Source: a virus. Taken from it: 64,000 nucleotides of DNA. The notes below the pieces were generated by a model that ran no database searches, was not told the origin of the DNA, and saw only the letters and a list, made by a program, of their open reading frames with translations. The stretch is taken from IMG/VR virus record IMGVR_UViG_3300026512_000008, positions 3,494-67,493 of that record, one strand, 5' to 3'. Position numbers and translations under genes: made by a program. Shown here one piece after another: positions 8,764-20,423 of the stretch; position 1 is the first letter of the stretch, and each line of letters opens with the position of its first letter.

Positions 8764-10764
8764 ATGGCAGTAGAAGAAGAAATTAAGGAAACCGTACCGT
8801 TTTCGTTTGACGAAATATACGATGGTATAGCAGAATTATTTGAAGAAAAAGGATATGATAGTCCTTATGACGGCTCAAATTTAGCACAACTAATTACATC
8901 AATGGCATATACTACATCTATGCTAAATGCTAATACTGCTATAAACATTAACGAAACTATTTTATCTCTTGCTCAAAAAAGACCAAATATTATTCAAGAT
9001 GCTAGGTTATTAGGGTACGAAGCAACACAAAGAATATCATATGTATATGAAATAGAATTAACATTTACAGAAACAAAAACATATAATATACCTCATAATA
9101 CTAAATTTTTAAGTGGTAGTAATACATATTATTACACAGGTGATGATTTTGATTTTAATGCTAGTGCGGGAGATACTAAAAAGATTTTTGTTAAAGAAGG
9201 CAAACTAACTACTTATATCGAAGAACCAGAAAATCTTAGACAAGTAATTGCTAATCAACAATATTTAGATATTCCTTATGAAAATGTTGAATCTGATGGT
9301 ATCGAAGTATATATTACATATTATCAAGATGATGGTATTTTATCAAACAAAGAAAGATTTTTTAAATCACCAACATTGCTTATTGATGTGGATGATAATC
9401 TTTCGAAGAAATTTGTTAGACTAGAAAATATCGATATGGGTACTCCACGAATACATTTTGTAATTAGTAATGTTGGTAATGAAGTTCCAACAGGCGCAGT
9501 TGTTGAAATGAATGTATTACAATCAAAAGGTCCGGATGGTAGTACAAAAGATGATTTTAGTACAGATATCGAAGGTGTAGAAATTCATAATTATGAGTTA
9601 AGTATTCGTGGTAATAATGTTGAAAGCAACCAATCTATAAAAGATAATGCACCTGTATTACATAATACAGCGTCTAGATGTATTACAGGTAATGATTATG
9701 AAGTTATTTCAAAAAAACATAGTGCGTGTCAAGAAGCATTTGTATTTGGTGGTGAAGACGAGCACCCAATGAAACTAGGTAATATATTTTTAAGTTTAAC
9801 ACCAGAAAAAGCGGATAGATCATTTACACAAAATAATGAAAATACATCATGGTATTTAAATGATTTAGAATTGACAGAAAATAATTACCTATTGAATAGC
9901 GAATGGGAATCTACTGTTATTGATGTAAACGGAAACATTAAAAATCCAGGAGTTTTAGATAATATTAAAGCGTTAAATTTGCCAGCACTTAGATATAATA
10001 GAAGGGACCCTTTGTATATTTTAATAGATTTTAACATATCTATTGTTAAATATGCTTTAAGTTCAGTACATACAGAAGTAAGACAAACTATTTTTAATAT
10101 TTTAAGTGATTATATGAAAAGTTTGGAAACATTTGAAACTGAATTTTTTAAATCAAATGTTATTAAAAAATTAGATTCTTATCTTACAGATATTACAGGG
10201 CTTGAAATGGATGTAAATTTTAGAGTTATGATTGATAAAAATTCTATTAGTAAAGAAACAACACAAGCAATTCAAGGTACAAATATTGTAGATGTTGAGG
10301 AAAATTCAATAGTATTGTATTTAGATACACCATACGAAAACATATATGACGACAATGGTAATATGATTATAGATAATTTACCACAAATTAATACAGAAAA
10401 TTTTATTCCAGGAAAAAATTTAACTGTAGATTTTAGCAATCCATCTGTATTACCGGATACTATTGAAGGAAATACTTTAACAAAAGACAAAGATAGTATA
10501 GAATTTCCTGTTTATTTAGGACCTATCTCGTCTAGAGACAATACTATAAATAAAATAGGAATATATACTATTTTTAATGACAGAACAACTTATATTAGAG
10601 TTAAACTAAATTCGGATAGTTTTGAGAATGAGTTAATAACTGCTAAATTTATAACATTAAAATATCCTAGTCAAAATATGAAAACATTAAGAAGTAGTAT
10701 ATTTAAATTGAATAGTGTGAAAATTGATAATAAAGAAACAAGTCCAGAATATGAGGAAATGTGA
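8764..10764 (+). CDS. gp6: Baseplate wedge subunit, T4 gp6-like
   Basis: YDGSNLAQLI..MAY, ARLLGY and ESNQSIKDNAP...RCITGNDYE motifs. Confidence 0.88.
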   Translation: MAVEEEIKETVPFSFDEIYDGIAELFEEKGYDSPYDGSNLAQLITSMAYTTSMLNANTAININETILSLAQKRPNIIQDARLLGYEATQRISYVYEIELTFTETKTYNIPHNTKFLSGSNTYYYTGDDFDFNASAGDTKKIFVKEGKLTTYIEEPENLRQVIANQQYLDIPYENVESDGIEVYITYYQDDGILSNKERFFKSPTLLIDVDDNLSKKFVRLENIDMGTPRIHFVISNVGNEVPTGAVVEMNVLQSKGPDGSTKDDFSTDIEGVEIHNYELSIRGNNVESNQSIKDNAPVLHNTASRCITGNDYEVISKKHSACQEAFVFGGEDEHPMKLGNIFLSLTPEKADRSFTQNNENTSWYLNDLELTENNYLLNSEWESTVIDVNGNIKNPGVLDNIKALNLPALRYNRRDPLYILIDFNISIVKYALSSVHTEVRQTIFNILSDYMKSLETFETEFFKSNVIKKLDSYLTDITGLEMDVNFRVMIDKNSISKETTQAIQGTNIVDVEENSIVLYLDTPYENIYDDNGNMIIDNLPQINTENFIPGKNLTVDFSNPSVLPDTIEGNTLTKDKDSIEFPVYLGPISSRDNTINKIGIYTIFNDRTTYIRVKLNSDSFENELITAKFITLKYPSQNMKTLRSSIFKLNSVKIDNKETSPEYEEM

Positions 10765-12359
10765 TGATTAAAGAAATAATACCCGCTATAACTCCTGATA
10801 ATATAAAGGATATTCAGTTATTAAAAGATTCTATGGATATTTTTCTTGATTATCTTACTGAACATTCGGATATTTCTATTAATATTAAAAATATACTTGA
10901 CCAAGATAAAGAACCTATATACGAGGAATTTGTAAAAATTTACTTGAATGGTATATATAATGTTCTTACAAAATCAGAGCATAATGAAGCACTTTATGAT
11001 AAATTAAAAACTTCATATCGTGCTGCAGGTTTAAATATCGAAGACATAGATCTTAGTGTGGATATAGTCAATTTACTTACTGAAGAATATATACTTACTA
11101 ATAAAGCATATAAAGAATCAAAAGGTACACCAACAGCAATGGAGTACATTTTCAATATTATTATTAATTCAGGTGTTCAAAACGACTTCCTTGGAGATAA
11201 TATTGGTAGATTTAAATATTTTGAGGGTGAAAACTTATTTGAGTATCATATTGAAGGTACTATGATTGAGGAAGTTTATAATCACTTCGTTAAACCTTTG
11301 GTACATCCGGTTGGATGGGCATATTTTTATCAACGAGTTTTTTATCAATCATTTACAGATTATTTTGACTTAAAATTTGAATACACATTTGGTTATAATG
11401 GGCTAGAAGTTCGTTGTATGAATGGTGATATACTTTCAAAAGACAACTACTTAACAAACGAATCGCATCATACACCGCCACAACAATTAGTTGATGATAA
11501 TAAAGTAGTTTTTATTAATGTAGATCATTTAGGAAGGGGCGACAATTCAACAAAAAGAACGAGAGTTTATTTTGCAAGTGGAGAGTATTTAGAATCAAAT
11601 AATAACCCTAGAAGTTTAAAATTATTTAATAAACCTAATGAAGACGACAACCCAAATTATAACGAAATTAAAATAAATTATGATGAATTTGATGGTAACT
11701 GTGGTTTGTACATAAACTACACAGTTAAAGTAGTTTCGACAGTAGAAGAACAACTAGAATTTCAAGATATATCACATATAGCAAGTACAACAGGTAAAAA
11801 AAATGTTGTTGGTGCTGGAAATGTTTATATTGGTGCATCAATATGTGGAGAAGAACTTGTTAATAAAAATGTAAGTGTTACTTATAAATCATACACTGGT
11901 GTACACGACGGTGCTGATTATAATAGGTCTTTTAGTGCTGGTGGTATAGATGAAGTTGATGCTAGATTTGGTACATATTGGGATAAAGAACATTTAAGAT
12001 TTGACGAGTTTAAATTTGACGCTTATTCCAAAAATCCTGTATTAAAAAGCCTTAGTGGTAAAACTGCTAGTGACGAATATGAATGGTATCAAGAATTACA
12101 ATATTGTAGTATAAATCCAACTACACCATTATTACCCGACGGTAGGGAAAATCACCAATGTAATATGCCATTAGAAGATACATTTCAATATGACCAAAAT
12201 TGGGATCAACACAAATTAAAATGGGATAATTTTAATTATGATGGGGAGTATGTTACTGAAGAATTTGTTATACACTATGATAAAAATGTTTGGGATACAG
12301 ATTTATACTTTGATTACTTTCAATTTGATGGTGATTATATTGGAGGAGGCTTCTTTTAA
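10761..12359 (+). CDS. Baseplate wedge initiator, gp7-like
   Basis: YKESKGT...EYIF and VKPLVHPVGW motifs; follows gp6. Confidence 0.65.
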   Translation: MMIKEIIPAITPDNIKDIQLLKDSMDIFLDYLTEHSDISINIKNILDQDKEPIYEEFVKIYLNGIYNVLTKSEHNEALYDKLKTSYRAAGLNIEDIDLSVDIVNLLTEEYILTNKAYKESKGTPTAMEYIFNIIINSGVQNDFLGDNIGRFKYFEGENLFEYHIEGTMIEEVYNHFVKPLVHPVGWAYFYQRVFYQSFTDYFDLKFEYTFGYNGLEVRCMNGDILSKDNYLTNESHHTPPQQLVDDNKVVFINVDHLGRGDNSTKRTRVYFASGEYLESNNNPRSLKLFNKPNEDDNPNYNEIKINYDEFDGNCGLYINYTVKVVSTVEEQLEFQDISHIASTTGKKNVVGAGNVYIGASICGEELVNKNVSVTYKSYTGVHDGADYNRSFSAGGIDEVDARFGTYWDKEHLRFDEFKFDAYSKNPVLKSLSGKTASDEYEWYQELQYCSINPTTPLLPDGRENHQCNMPLEDTFQYDQNWDQHKLKWDNFNYDGEYVTEEFVIHYDKNVWDTDLYFDYFQFDGDYIGGGFF

Positions 12360-12384
12360 AAAAATATTAAGTGTTTTAAAATTG

Positions 12385-12401
12385 TATAAATAATATAAAT
12401 A
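12385..12401 (+). promoter_or_regulatory. Tandem late promoters TATAAATA x2
   Basis: Exact motifs at 12385 and 12394. Confidence 0.6.
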
Positions 12402-12418
12402 ATGAAAAGGTATAATTA

Positions 12419-12994
12419 ATGACTGAAAAATTTAATGGAGTGCACGGTTACTTTAAAATTGAAGCAATTAAAGATGGAAAAGTAATTGATACTTTTGAAC
12501 AAAAAAATCTTATCATGGATGAAGCTAGAAAAACATTTGCTAAATATTTAGCAAACATAAACGCAACACCAGTGATTGACAGATTTGTTCTTGGTACAGA
12601 AGGACATATTGGCGCGGAAGACGCAGATGGTGGGGATTTATTAGCACCTAAAACAGAAGCAAATGGTTTTACTGCTGACAGAGATATGTTGTTTTCAGAA
12701 AGCACAGGTGCAAACGGAACTAATTATGAAGACATTAGATTTACTGTAACAGGTGTATCTGGTGATACAGTAACAGCAGATGATGAAAAAAGTACTGTTA
12801 AAACAACTGTAACAGGTACTGATGTAACATACGAAATAATGATTCATAATGATGCATGTAATGGAACAGGGACAATTATTTTTACAGAATGTGCTTTTTA
12901 CACTGGTACAGAAATTTTTAGTATGAGAACTTTTAAAGGTAAAATTAAAGACGATACTGTATCTTTAAGAATTACTTGGCGGATAATGTTTTGA
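12419..12994 (+). CDS. Baseplate/tail-fibre attachment protein
   Basis: C-terminal FTECAF..IFSMRTF..KIKD...LRITWRI pattern of tail-collar/baseplate proteins; context. Confidence 0.5.
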   Translation: MTEKFNGVHGYFKIEAIKDGKVIDTFEQKNLIMDEARKTFAKYLANINATPVIDRFVLGTEGHIGAEDADGGDLLAPKTEANGFTADRDMLFSESTGANGTNYEDIRFTVTGVSGDTVTADDEKSTVKTTVTGTDVTYEIMIHNDACNGTGTIIFTECAFYTGTEIFSMRTFKGKIKDDTVSLRITWRIMF

Positions 12995-13038
12995 TTAATA
13001 TGATGAAAGTATATAAAGTAAGTAAATAGGAGACGAAA

Positions 13039-14151
13039 ATGAAAGAATTAATGCCACTTGAACAATTCAAGCAAACACAAACAATAAAATATGGTACAGC
13101 AGCAACATCTGCTAGTGCTAACCACGCACCTATTTTTATAAAAGAAGAACTAAATAGTTTATATAATTATACAAAGATGAAATTTAGTGAATTACCATTA
13201 GAATGGGATCCGGAAGCGACATACAAAATAGGCGATGTTGTAGCACATAACGGCGATGTATATGAAGCTATTGCAGATAATGGTAATCAAGAACCACCAG
13301 GAGTTGCATGGGCACTTTTTGATACTGCGTCTTTAGATTTGGAATTAAAATATGTTCAAATTCATACAGATAAATATATTAACTTATATAATAGAAACTC
13401 ATATAAAATGATGAGGGCAAACGAAAATAGTACTACTGCTATTATGAGTCCAAAAAATGGTTTAGTTCCTTGGGATGATGGGACAAGTTCTGATCTCGGC
13501 ACATCTAACCTTAGATGGAATGATATTTATTGTGTAAATGGACATTATAGTAGTATTAATACTGGTTCTATTACAGCAACAACTGGTTCTATTGGTGATT
13601 TATCTGGTACTTCGTTGGATTATAATTCAGGTGATATAGGGTCATTAAGTGGTAATGTACTAAATTACAATACAGGAACTATAGATTCAATAACAGCAAC
13701 ATCAATATCTGTAAATTCTATAACAGCATCTGGTAAAATAACAGCAGATACAATGGAAGCAACAACTTTTGATGGTACTTCTACTAGAGCAAAATACGCC
13801 GATTTAGCAGAAAAATATGAGTCAGATGTAGAATATGCGCCAGGATCAGTTTTAGGTTTTGGTGGAGACAAAGAAATTACTATTTACAATAAAGGTTTAA
13901 CATTAGCTGGTGTTGTTTCTACTCAACCAGGATATATGTTAAATAGTGAATTAAGTAATGGTGTTTATATAGCGTTAAAAGGAAGAGTACCTTGTAAAAT
14001 TATTGGTGATGCTAAAGCAGGAATGTATATTTTAGCAAGTAACGATGGATTAGGTATAGCAGTTGATAATTACTCATTTGAGGAAAGTAAAATATTACTA
14101 GGTGTAGCTATTTCAAACTCAAAAGATGGTATTGTGGAAATTAAAGTTTAA
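13039..14151 (+). CDS. Tail fibre/spike with CBM5/12-like module and C-terminal autocleaving chaperone
   Basis: EWDPEATYKIGDVVAHNG; AKYADLAEKY...GVVSTQPG...ALKGRVPCK (peptidase G2/IMC-like). Confidence 0.7.
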   Translation: MKELMPLEQFKQTQTIKYGTAATSASANHAPIFIKEELNSLYNYTKMKFSELPLEWDPEATYKIGDVVAHNGDVYEAIADNGNQEPPGVAWALFDTASLDLELKYVQIHTDKYINLYNRNSYKMMRANENSTTAIMSPKNGLVPWDDGTSSDLGTSNLRWNDIYCVNGHYSSINTGSITATTGSIGDLSGTSLDYNSGDIGSLSGNVLNYNTGTIDSITATSISVNSITASGKITADTMEATTFDGTSTRAKYADLAEKYESDVEYAPGSVLGFGGDKEITIYNKGLTLAGVVSTQPGYMLNSELSNGVYIALKGRVPCKIIGDAKAGMYILASNDGLGIAVDNYSFEESKILLGVAISNSKDGIVEIKV

Positions 14152-14162
14152 GGATATAATAA

Positions 14163-16079
14163 ATGACAAAATTTAATCAAATAGATTTTACAAAATTCGT
14201 AGCAGATTACTCAGTAATTAATGGAGAATTGGTGGACGAATTTGCATTAAATTTATCTCCACAACGACTTAAAAAAGAAGTTAATAATATTTTTAATATT
14301 GTTAATATTCTTAACGGTAATAGAATATTAAATTGGAATCCAGTAGAATATTATGTGGTAGGAGAATTAGTACAAAATGACTCCGCTGATGATAAATATT
14401 ATAGAGCGAGAAAAGTGTCTGAAAACAAAAGACCTGATTTATTTCCTGATTTTTGGGAAGAAGCATCAAATAAAGATTATACAGAATATGGTGATTTTAC
14501 TAATTTCCTTGCTAAAGATAACACAGAACCTTATAGTCCTGCTGGACAATATAATCCAGCAACAAAAGGTTATATTGATTTTGCATTAACTAAAAAATTA
14601 GATTTGGAAGCAACAGCACAAGACAGTTATAAATTAAATGGAGAAGTTGTTACAAATGTATTAGGGGATTCATTAACTAAACCAGCATCACAAAAATTAG
14701 TCCAGCAAGTAGATAATAAATGTAATACGAAATTAGATGCTGACGAATTTAATGCAACAAATGTTATGGCAATGGTACAAAATGTAGATGGTGCAGGAAG
14801 TGGTTTAAATGCAGATTATTTAGACGGACAAAGCTCAGAATATTTTATGAAAGTCGGCACTACTACTAATTTTGATACTATGAAAACTCCAGGGTCATAT
14901 TTAATTTCGCCTGGTGGAACTGGTGCTCCTGATAGTGTTGGTACATATGCATTAGTTGTTACGGGTACAAATACTTATTTTTCACAAATTGCAACAAGTG
15001 TGACAGAAAATAAACTTTATTACAGAAGTTATGTTACTTCATGGAGTGCTTGGAAGGAATTTGCAAGTTCAACTGGTTCAGTTGCAACGGCAGATAAATT
15101 AACTTCACCTGTAACTATTGCTTTAGACGGTGATGCAAGCGGTTCTGTTAGTTTCGACGGATCACAAAATGTTACTATTAACACAACTGTTATAAACGAT
15201 TCACATACACATGACGAAAGATATTACACAGAAGGTGAATCTGACGCTAGATTTTTACCATTACACGCTAAAGCGGACAATTCGGACAAATTAGATAACT
15301 TAAACAGTTCACAATTTTTAAGATCTGACATTGGTGGTGTTGTTTCTGGCAATGTTACAATTAATGCTAACCTTTTAGTGTCGGGAAATACAACTTTTAA
15401 GACTGGTAGTACTAATATAGAATCTGGATCATTAAAAGTTTCTGACAATAATGTTGAAATAGGTGTATGTGATAATCCTACAGATGACACAGCAAATGGT
15501 GGTGGTTTCACTTTATATGGTGCTTCAAATAAATCATTTACATATGATAAAGACGAAAATGCTTGGGAGTCGTCAATAAATATATCAGCAGATTATTTTT
15601 TAGGTATTGCTGAAAATGCTGAGTTATTAAATGGGTACGATAGTTCAAAAAATGCAGATGCTAATACAGTAGTTGTAAGAGATAGTAATGGTAATATAAA
15701 TGGTACTTCTAGTTCAGCAAAATACGCCGATTTAGCGGAATTGTATCCTTCAAAAGAAAAATATATAGCAGGTACATTAGTACAAATTAGTACAAGTGAT
15801 GATTATGACATTGAAGAAAATGTTGATAATGTGTTTGGTGTTATTTCTGATAAGCCCGGTTTTATTCTTGACGATGGTATTGACGGGTTACCAGTAGCAA
15901 TGGTTGGTAAAACACCAGTTAGAATAATTGGTAAAATTAATAAAGGTGATAAAATTACTCAAAATGGTAGCGTTGCTATTAAAGCACAACCAAGTGATAT
16001 TAAAATAGGTATTGCTTTAGAAAATAAATATACTGAAGAGGAATCATTAATCAAATGTTTCGTTCAAGTTCAGTTATAA
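14163..16079 (+). CDS. Tail fibre with C-terminal autocleaving chaperone
   Basis: DGAGSGLNADYLDG, LDGDASGSVSFDGS, SHTHDERYY and AKYADLAELY motifs. Confidence 0.75.
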   Translation: MTKFNQIDFTKFVADYSVINGELVDEFALNLSPQRLKKEVNNIFNIVNILNGNRILNWNPVEYYVVGELVQNDSADDKYYRARKVSENKRPDLFPDFWEEASNKDYTEYGDFTNFLAKDNTEPYSPAGQYNPATKGYIDFALTKKLDLEATAQDSYKLNGEVVTNVLGDSLTKPASQKLVQQVDNKCNTKLDADEFNATNVMAMVQNVDGAGSGLNADYLDGQSSEYFMKVGTTTNFDTMKTPGSYLISPGGTGAPDSVGTYALVVTGTNTYFSQIATSVTENKLYYRSYVTSWSAWKEFASSTGSVATADKLTSPVTIALDGDASGSVSFDGSQNVTINTTVINDSHTHDERYYTEGESDARFLPLHAKADNSDKLDNLNSSQFLRSDIGGVVSGNVTINANLLVSGNTTFKTGSTNIESGSLKVSDNNVEIGVCDNPTDDTANGGGFTLYGASNKSFTYDKDENAWESSINISADYFLGIAENAELLNGYDSSKNADANTVVVRDSNGNINGTSSSAKYADLAELYPSKEKYIAGTLVQISTSDDYDIEENVDNVFGVISDKPGFILDDGIDGLPVAMVGKTPVRIIGKINKGDKITQNGSVAIKAQPSDIKIGIALENKYTEEESLIKCFVQVQL

Positions 16080-16089
16080 GGAATATAAA

Positions 16090-18768
16090 ATGGCATTAAC
16101 GGGTGTAATTCAAAGAAGAGATAATAAAAGTGTTATAACACAAAATCCTCCAAGAGTTGGTGAAATTGTGTATGCTCTTGATACTGAAGAATATGGTTCT
16201 TTACAAAATGGCACTCTTATATGGAAAAAATTTGACGATATTGTTAAAAGTGTTTCTGGTAAAATAGGTAATGTAACATTAAATAAATCTGATGTAGGAC
16301 TTGATAGAGTAAATAACACAAATGATTTAGAAAAACCAATAAACACAGCAACTCAAGAAGCATTAAATAATCATAGTATGTTAATTAACCCACATGGTGT
16401 TACTGCTGAATTATTAGGCTTAGGAAATGTGGATAATACATCCGATATGAATAAACCAGTTTCTATAGCAACACAAGAAGCAATTGATAATGGTATTAGT
16501 AGTATTACGGATGTAGAAAATGCACTTAAATTAGGTGGTATTGATGCTGATAAATATGCATTAATTGAAAATTATTTTAATAAAACAGAAACACAAGATT
16601 TATTAAATCAAAAAGCAGATATTGGCGTAAGTTATACTAAAGATGAAACAGATTCATTAATTGATGAAAAAGCAAGTGCACATGACTTAATGCTAACAGA
16701 TCAAAAAGTACAAACATTAGAAATATCAAATGCTGGTAAAGCAGATAAAACTTATGTTGATGACCAAGATGATGCATTACAATCTAATATAGATTTAAAA
16801 GCAGATCAAACAGATTTAAACACATTAAATGCAACAGTATCAGACAATATAACAAATATTAATTCAAATAGCACTAAAATTAACACTAATATAGATGATA
16901 TAAATTCATTGAAATTAGGTAAAGCAGATAAAACTTATGTTGATTCACAAGATGCTAATATACAAGACCAAGTTAATACAAACACTAATGATATTGCAAA
17001 TCTTACTAGCGGAGGTACCACTAAATCATATGTAGATGACCAAGATGACGCATTAGGTGTTAGAATAGACAATTTAGATTCTAAAAAAGCAGATAAAACT
17101 TATGTAGATAATCAAGATAATACATTACAAACTAATATAGACAATTTAGATTCTAAAAAAGCAGATAAAACTTATGTTGATTCTGAAATTGATGCTATTG
17201 ATACTGTTTCGCAGGATTATGTAGACACAAAAGTAGATGCATTACAAAATTCAAAAGCAGATAAAACTTATGTAGATGATCAAGATAATACATTACAAAC
17301 TAATATAGATTTAAAAGCAGATAAAACTTATGTAGATGATCAAGATAATACATTACAATCGAATATTAATAATAAAGCAGATAAAACTTATGTAGATGAC
17401 AATGTTTTGAATTTGCAATCAGATATAGACAATTTAGATACAAAAAAAGCAGATAAAACTTATGTAGATAATCAAGATAATACATTACAAACTAATATAG
17501 ATTTAAAAGCAGATAAAACTTATGTAGATTCTGAAATTGATGATCTAACAGACAATGTGGACGAATTATATGATACTAAAGCAGATATAACTTATGTAGA
17601 TTCTGCTATTTCTGGTTTAGACGCTAAGGAAGCTGTTTTAGTTGCAACAGATTCTAATATCACATTAAATGGATTACAAACTATTGATGGTATAGAATTA
17701 AGTGAAAACGACAGAATTCTTGTTAAAAATCAAACAAATGCTGCGGAAAATGGTATATATTCTGTTAAAAGTGATGATTGGATACGAACAGAAGATGCAG
17801 ACAATAATCCAGGGTCTGAAGTTAATAATGGTATGTATTGTTTTGTTACAAACGGAACAAATAATGCAAATACTGGTTGGATTTTAAGTGCTACTGATCC
17901 TGTTGAATTAGGAACAACAGAATTATATTTTAATATTTTTTCGAATGTAATTATAAATGCTAATGATATATTAACTAAATTAAAAACAGTAGATGGTTCG
18001 GGTAGTGGATTAGATGCTGATTTATTGGATGGTCACGATACTGTATATTTTGCACCACAATCAGATACATATACTAAATCAGAAGTGGATGATAGAGTTG
18101 CTGATGCTACAATGTCAGATGATGGTATTTTAGATGCTGTAAAAAGAGTTGATGGATCTGGCTCAGGTATTGATGCTGATTTATTAGACGGTCATGATAG
18201 TTCATATTTTGTTGCTAAATCAGGCGGAACAATGTCTGGAGATATTACATTTGTGGAAGACCAGCAAGGAATTGTTTGGACCAGAAATACAGACGGTGCT
18301 AGTATTAAATTTTATAATACAGCAGATGATGATACTAATAGTAGATTAGAATTCTCAGTAAGAGACAACGGTGACGAATTTTTTAGATGGGTTAATGATG
18401 GTGTTGAAAAAATGACACTTAAAGGCGATTTACTAGAAGTACCTAATGCTACTATTTCCGGGGATTTGAAAGCAGGAACTATAACAGAAACATCTGCTAG
18501 AAAATTTAAAAAGAATATTACACCTATTGTAAATGCTATGGATATTATAAATAAAATGACAGGTGTTCAATACCAATGGAAAAAAGATTCTAGTAATGAT
18601 ATTGGTTTTATAGCAGACGATGTTGAAAAAGTGTTACCAGAGTTAATTTCGTATGATAACGAAGGTGAAATTCAAGGTATGAATTACTCAAAAATAACAG
18701 CAGTGTTGGTTAATGCTTTAAAAGAACAACAAAAACAAATAGACGAACTTAAAAAACTTATTAAATAA
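16090..18768 (+). CDS. Long tail fibre with KADKTYVD repeats and peptidase S74 chaperone
   Basis: Mtd_N-like N-terminus; coiled-coil repeats; DGSGSGLDADLLDG x2; SARKFKKNI...GFIADDVEKVLPELI. Confidence 0.8.
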   Translation: MALTGVIQRRDNKSVITQNPPRVGEIVYALDTEEYGSLQNGTLIWKKFDDIVKSVSGKIGNVTLNKSDVGLDRVNNTNDLEKPINTATQEALNNHSMLINPHGVTAELLGLGNVDNTSDMNKPVSIATQEAIDNGISSITDVENALKLGGIDADKYALIENYFNKTETQDLLNQKADIGVSYTKDETDSLIDEKASAHDLMLTDQKVQTLEISNAGKADKTYVDDQDDALQSNIDLKADQTDLNTLNATVSDNITNINSNSTKINTNIDDINSLKLGKADKTYVDSQDANIQDQVNTNTNDIANLTSGGTTKSYVDDQDDALGVRIDNLDSKKADKTYVDNQDNTLQTNIDNLDSKKADKTYVDSEIDAIDTVSQDYVDTKVDALQNSKADKTYVDDQDNTLQTNIDLKADKTYVDDQDNTLQSNINNKADKTYVDDNVLNLQSDIDNLDTKKADKTYVDNQDNTLQTNIDLKADKTYVDSEIDDLTDNVDELYDTKADITYVDSAISGLDAKEAVLVATDSNITLNGLQTIDGIELSENDRILVKNQTNAAENGIYSVKSDDWIRTEDADNNPGSEVNNGMYCFVTNGTNNANTGWILSATDPVELGTTELYFNIFSNVIINANDILTKLKTVDGSGSGLDADLLDGHDTVYFAPQSDTYTKSEVDDRVADATMSDDGILDAVKRVDGSGSGIDADLLDGHDSSYFVAKSGGTMSGDITFVEDQQGIVWTRNTDGASIKFYNTADDDTNSRLEFSVRDNGDEFFRWVNDGVEKMTLKGDLLEVPNATISGDLKAGTITETSARKFKKNITPIVNAMDIINKMTGVQYQWKKDSSNDIGFIADDVEKVLPELISYDNEGEIQGMNYSKITAVLVNALKEQQKQIDELKKLIK
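16738..17600 (+). repeat. Intragenic repeats encoding KADKTYVD (9 exact plus 1 variant)
   Basis: AAAGCAGATAAAACTTATGT recurs, often at 60/72-nt spacing. Confidence 0.9.
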
Positions 18769-18787
18769 TACTTATTAAAGGACTTTA

Positions 18788-19813
18788 ATGGAAAGCTTAA
18801 AATTTTCATTACCTATATACCCAGATTTATCCGCAGATTATATTGAAAAGGAATTTATTCCTTTTCTTATTCAAAATAAAAACAGCATTTATGATTTATA
18901 TTTTACCACTAGAATGGCTCCGTTTAACCAAGATGCTATGGGCACAATATTTTCTAATGAAGATATTATGAGTATGATTACAAATGCTATTATTATACAA
19001 CAAAAAACAGGTATTACAGTATCTGCAGTTTTTAACAATAAATTTATATCGCCTAAAAAAGAAAATTTAGATTTATGGGTCAAAAATTTTCGTATGTTAT
19101 ACAAAATGGGTATTAGATCTTGTACTTTACCATTTACTTCATGGATGATGTTTGGTATTATCCAAAAAGAATTTCCAGAGTTAATAGTTAAAAATACTAT
19201 TTTAGATTCTCTTGATGAACCAAGACAAGTGTATGATGCTTTTATAGCAGGATATAATTATGTAAATCTTGACAGAAATTTAATGAGAAACCAAAATAAA
19301 TTAAAAATTATTGACGAAGCAAGAAAAACAGCTGAAAAGAAACTCGGTAAAAAATTGTATTTAAGTTTATTATGGAATGAAAATTGTATAGGAAATTGCC
19401 CAATACAAGAAGAACATTATTTGTACAATTCACATAATAACATAAATACTCAAAAAGATGTTTTCTTTAAAAGTTCATTAGCTTGTATTAGTTGTTCTGA
19501 GTGGGAAAAAACTGATAAAGCATACAAATTTAAAAAAAGTAATATTATACCTAATAAAGATTTTATTTCTGGATTAGATATGATTGATGTATTTAAATTA
19601 CACGGTAGAGAATCACATAATGTATTTTTAAATAGTATAGGAATTATTGATAGTATTACAAACAACAAACCTATATATGATGAATTTTTTATGCTTAAAG
19701 ATAAATTAAATATAACAGATGAAAAATTTGACAGATGGGTAGACATCACTAAAAATTGTAATTTTGATTGTTGGAAATGTAACGAATGTTCGCAATTATT
19801 GGAAAATAAATGA
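18788..19813 (+). CDS. Peptidase U32-family-like Fe-S protein
   Basis: NENCIGNCP...HY, FKLHGRE and C-terminal CNFDCWKCNEC. Confidence 0.7.
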   Translation: MESLKFSLPIYPDLSADYIEKEFIPFLIQNKNSIYDLYFTTRMAPFNQDAMGTIFSNEDIMSMITNAIIIQQKTGITVSAVFNNKFISPKKENLDLWVKNFRMLYKMGIRSCTLPFTSWMMFGIIQKEFPELIVKNTILDSLDEPRQVYDAFIAGYNYVNLDRNLMRNQNKLKIIDEARKTAEKKLGKKLYLSLLWNENCIGNCPIQEEHYLYNSHNNINTQKDVFFKSSLACISCSEWEKTDKAYKFKKSNIIPNKDFISGLDMIDVFKLHGRESHNVFLNSIGIIDSITNNKPIYDEFFMLKDKLNITDEKFDRWVDITKNCNFDCWKCNECSQLLENK

Positions 19814-20414
19814 TAGAAGATATATTACAACAAACAAATAACCAAATATATAAAAAATGGAATATTTGTGGTCTTACTTCTCCAAAATCTCAACATTTTT
19901 TAAGTTTAATATGTAAAAATAAAAATGTATTAGAAGTAGGATATTATAAAGGCGCTAGCACTATTCCAATAGCATCAACAGCTAAATATGTTCTTACAGT
20001 AGATGATTTGTCTTTTATAGAAAGTGTGCCAGTAAAAATATTAATATTGGTAATACTAATCAAACATTAGAATATAATCTATTGACAAGAAATATAACAA
20101 ATGTTGATATAATTAATGACAATATTTTTTCCGAAAACACATTTAATAAAATTAATAAAATGAATTTTGATATAATTTTTTATGATGCTTCGCATAAAAT
20201 AGAAGATGTTTTTAAATTTTTAATGTTATATGAGAAAACTCTAAATAATAAAATACTTATTTTAGACGATTATAATTTTGAAAGTGTAAGAGAAGCAGTA
20301 AATTTTTTTATAAATACTAAAAGTAAAGTAATAAAATATAAAAAAGAAATAATAACCAACTCAGAATCATTAAATGACTTTTGGAATGGTATAGGTATTT
20401 TTGTATTTGTATAA
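19810..20414 (+). pseudogene. Class I SAM methyltransferase (Methyltransf_24-like) split by a 1-nt frameshift
   Basis: VLEVGYYKGAST in 19810-20070; IIFYDASH and ILILDDY in 20082-20414; one extra A in the A5 run at 20034-20038 joins the frames. Confidence 0.7.
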
Positions 20415-20423
20415 GGAGTATTA

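Noticed and set aside
16090-18768. Diversity-generating retroelement (Mtd_N-like N-termini)
   Set aside because: No reverse transcriptase and no template/variable repeat pair with adenine-specific mismatches seen in the window
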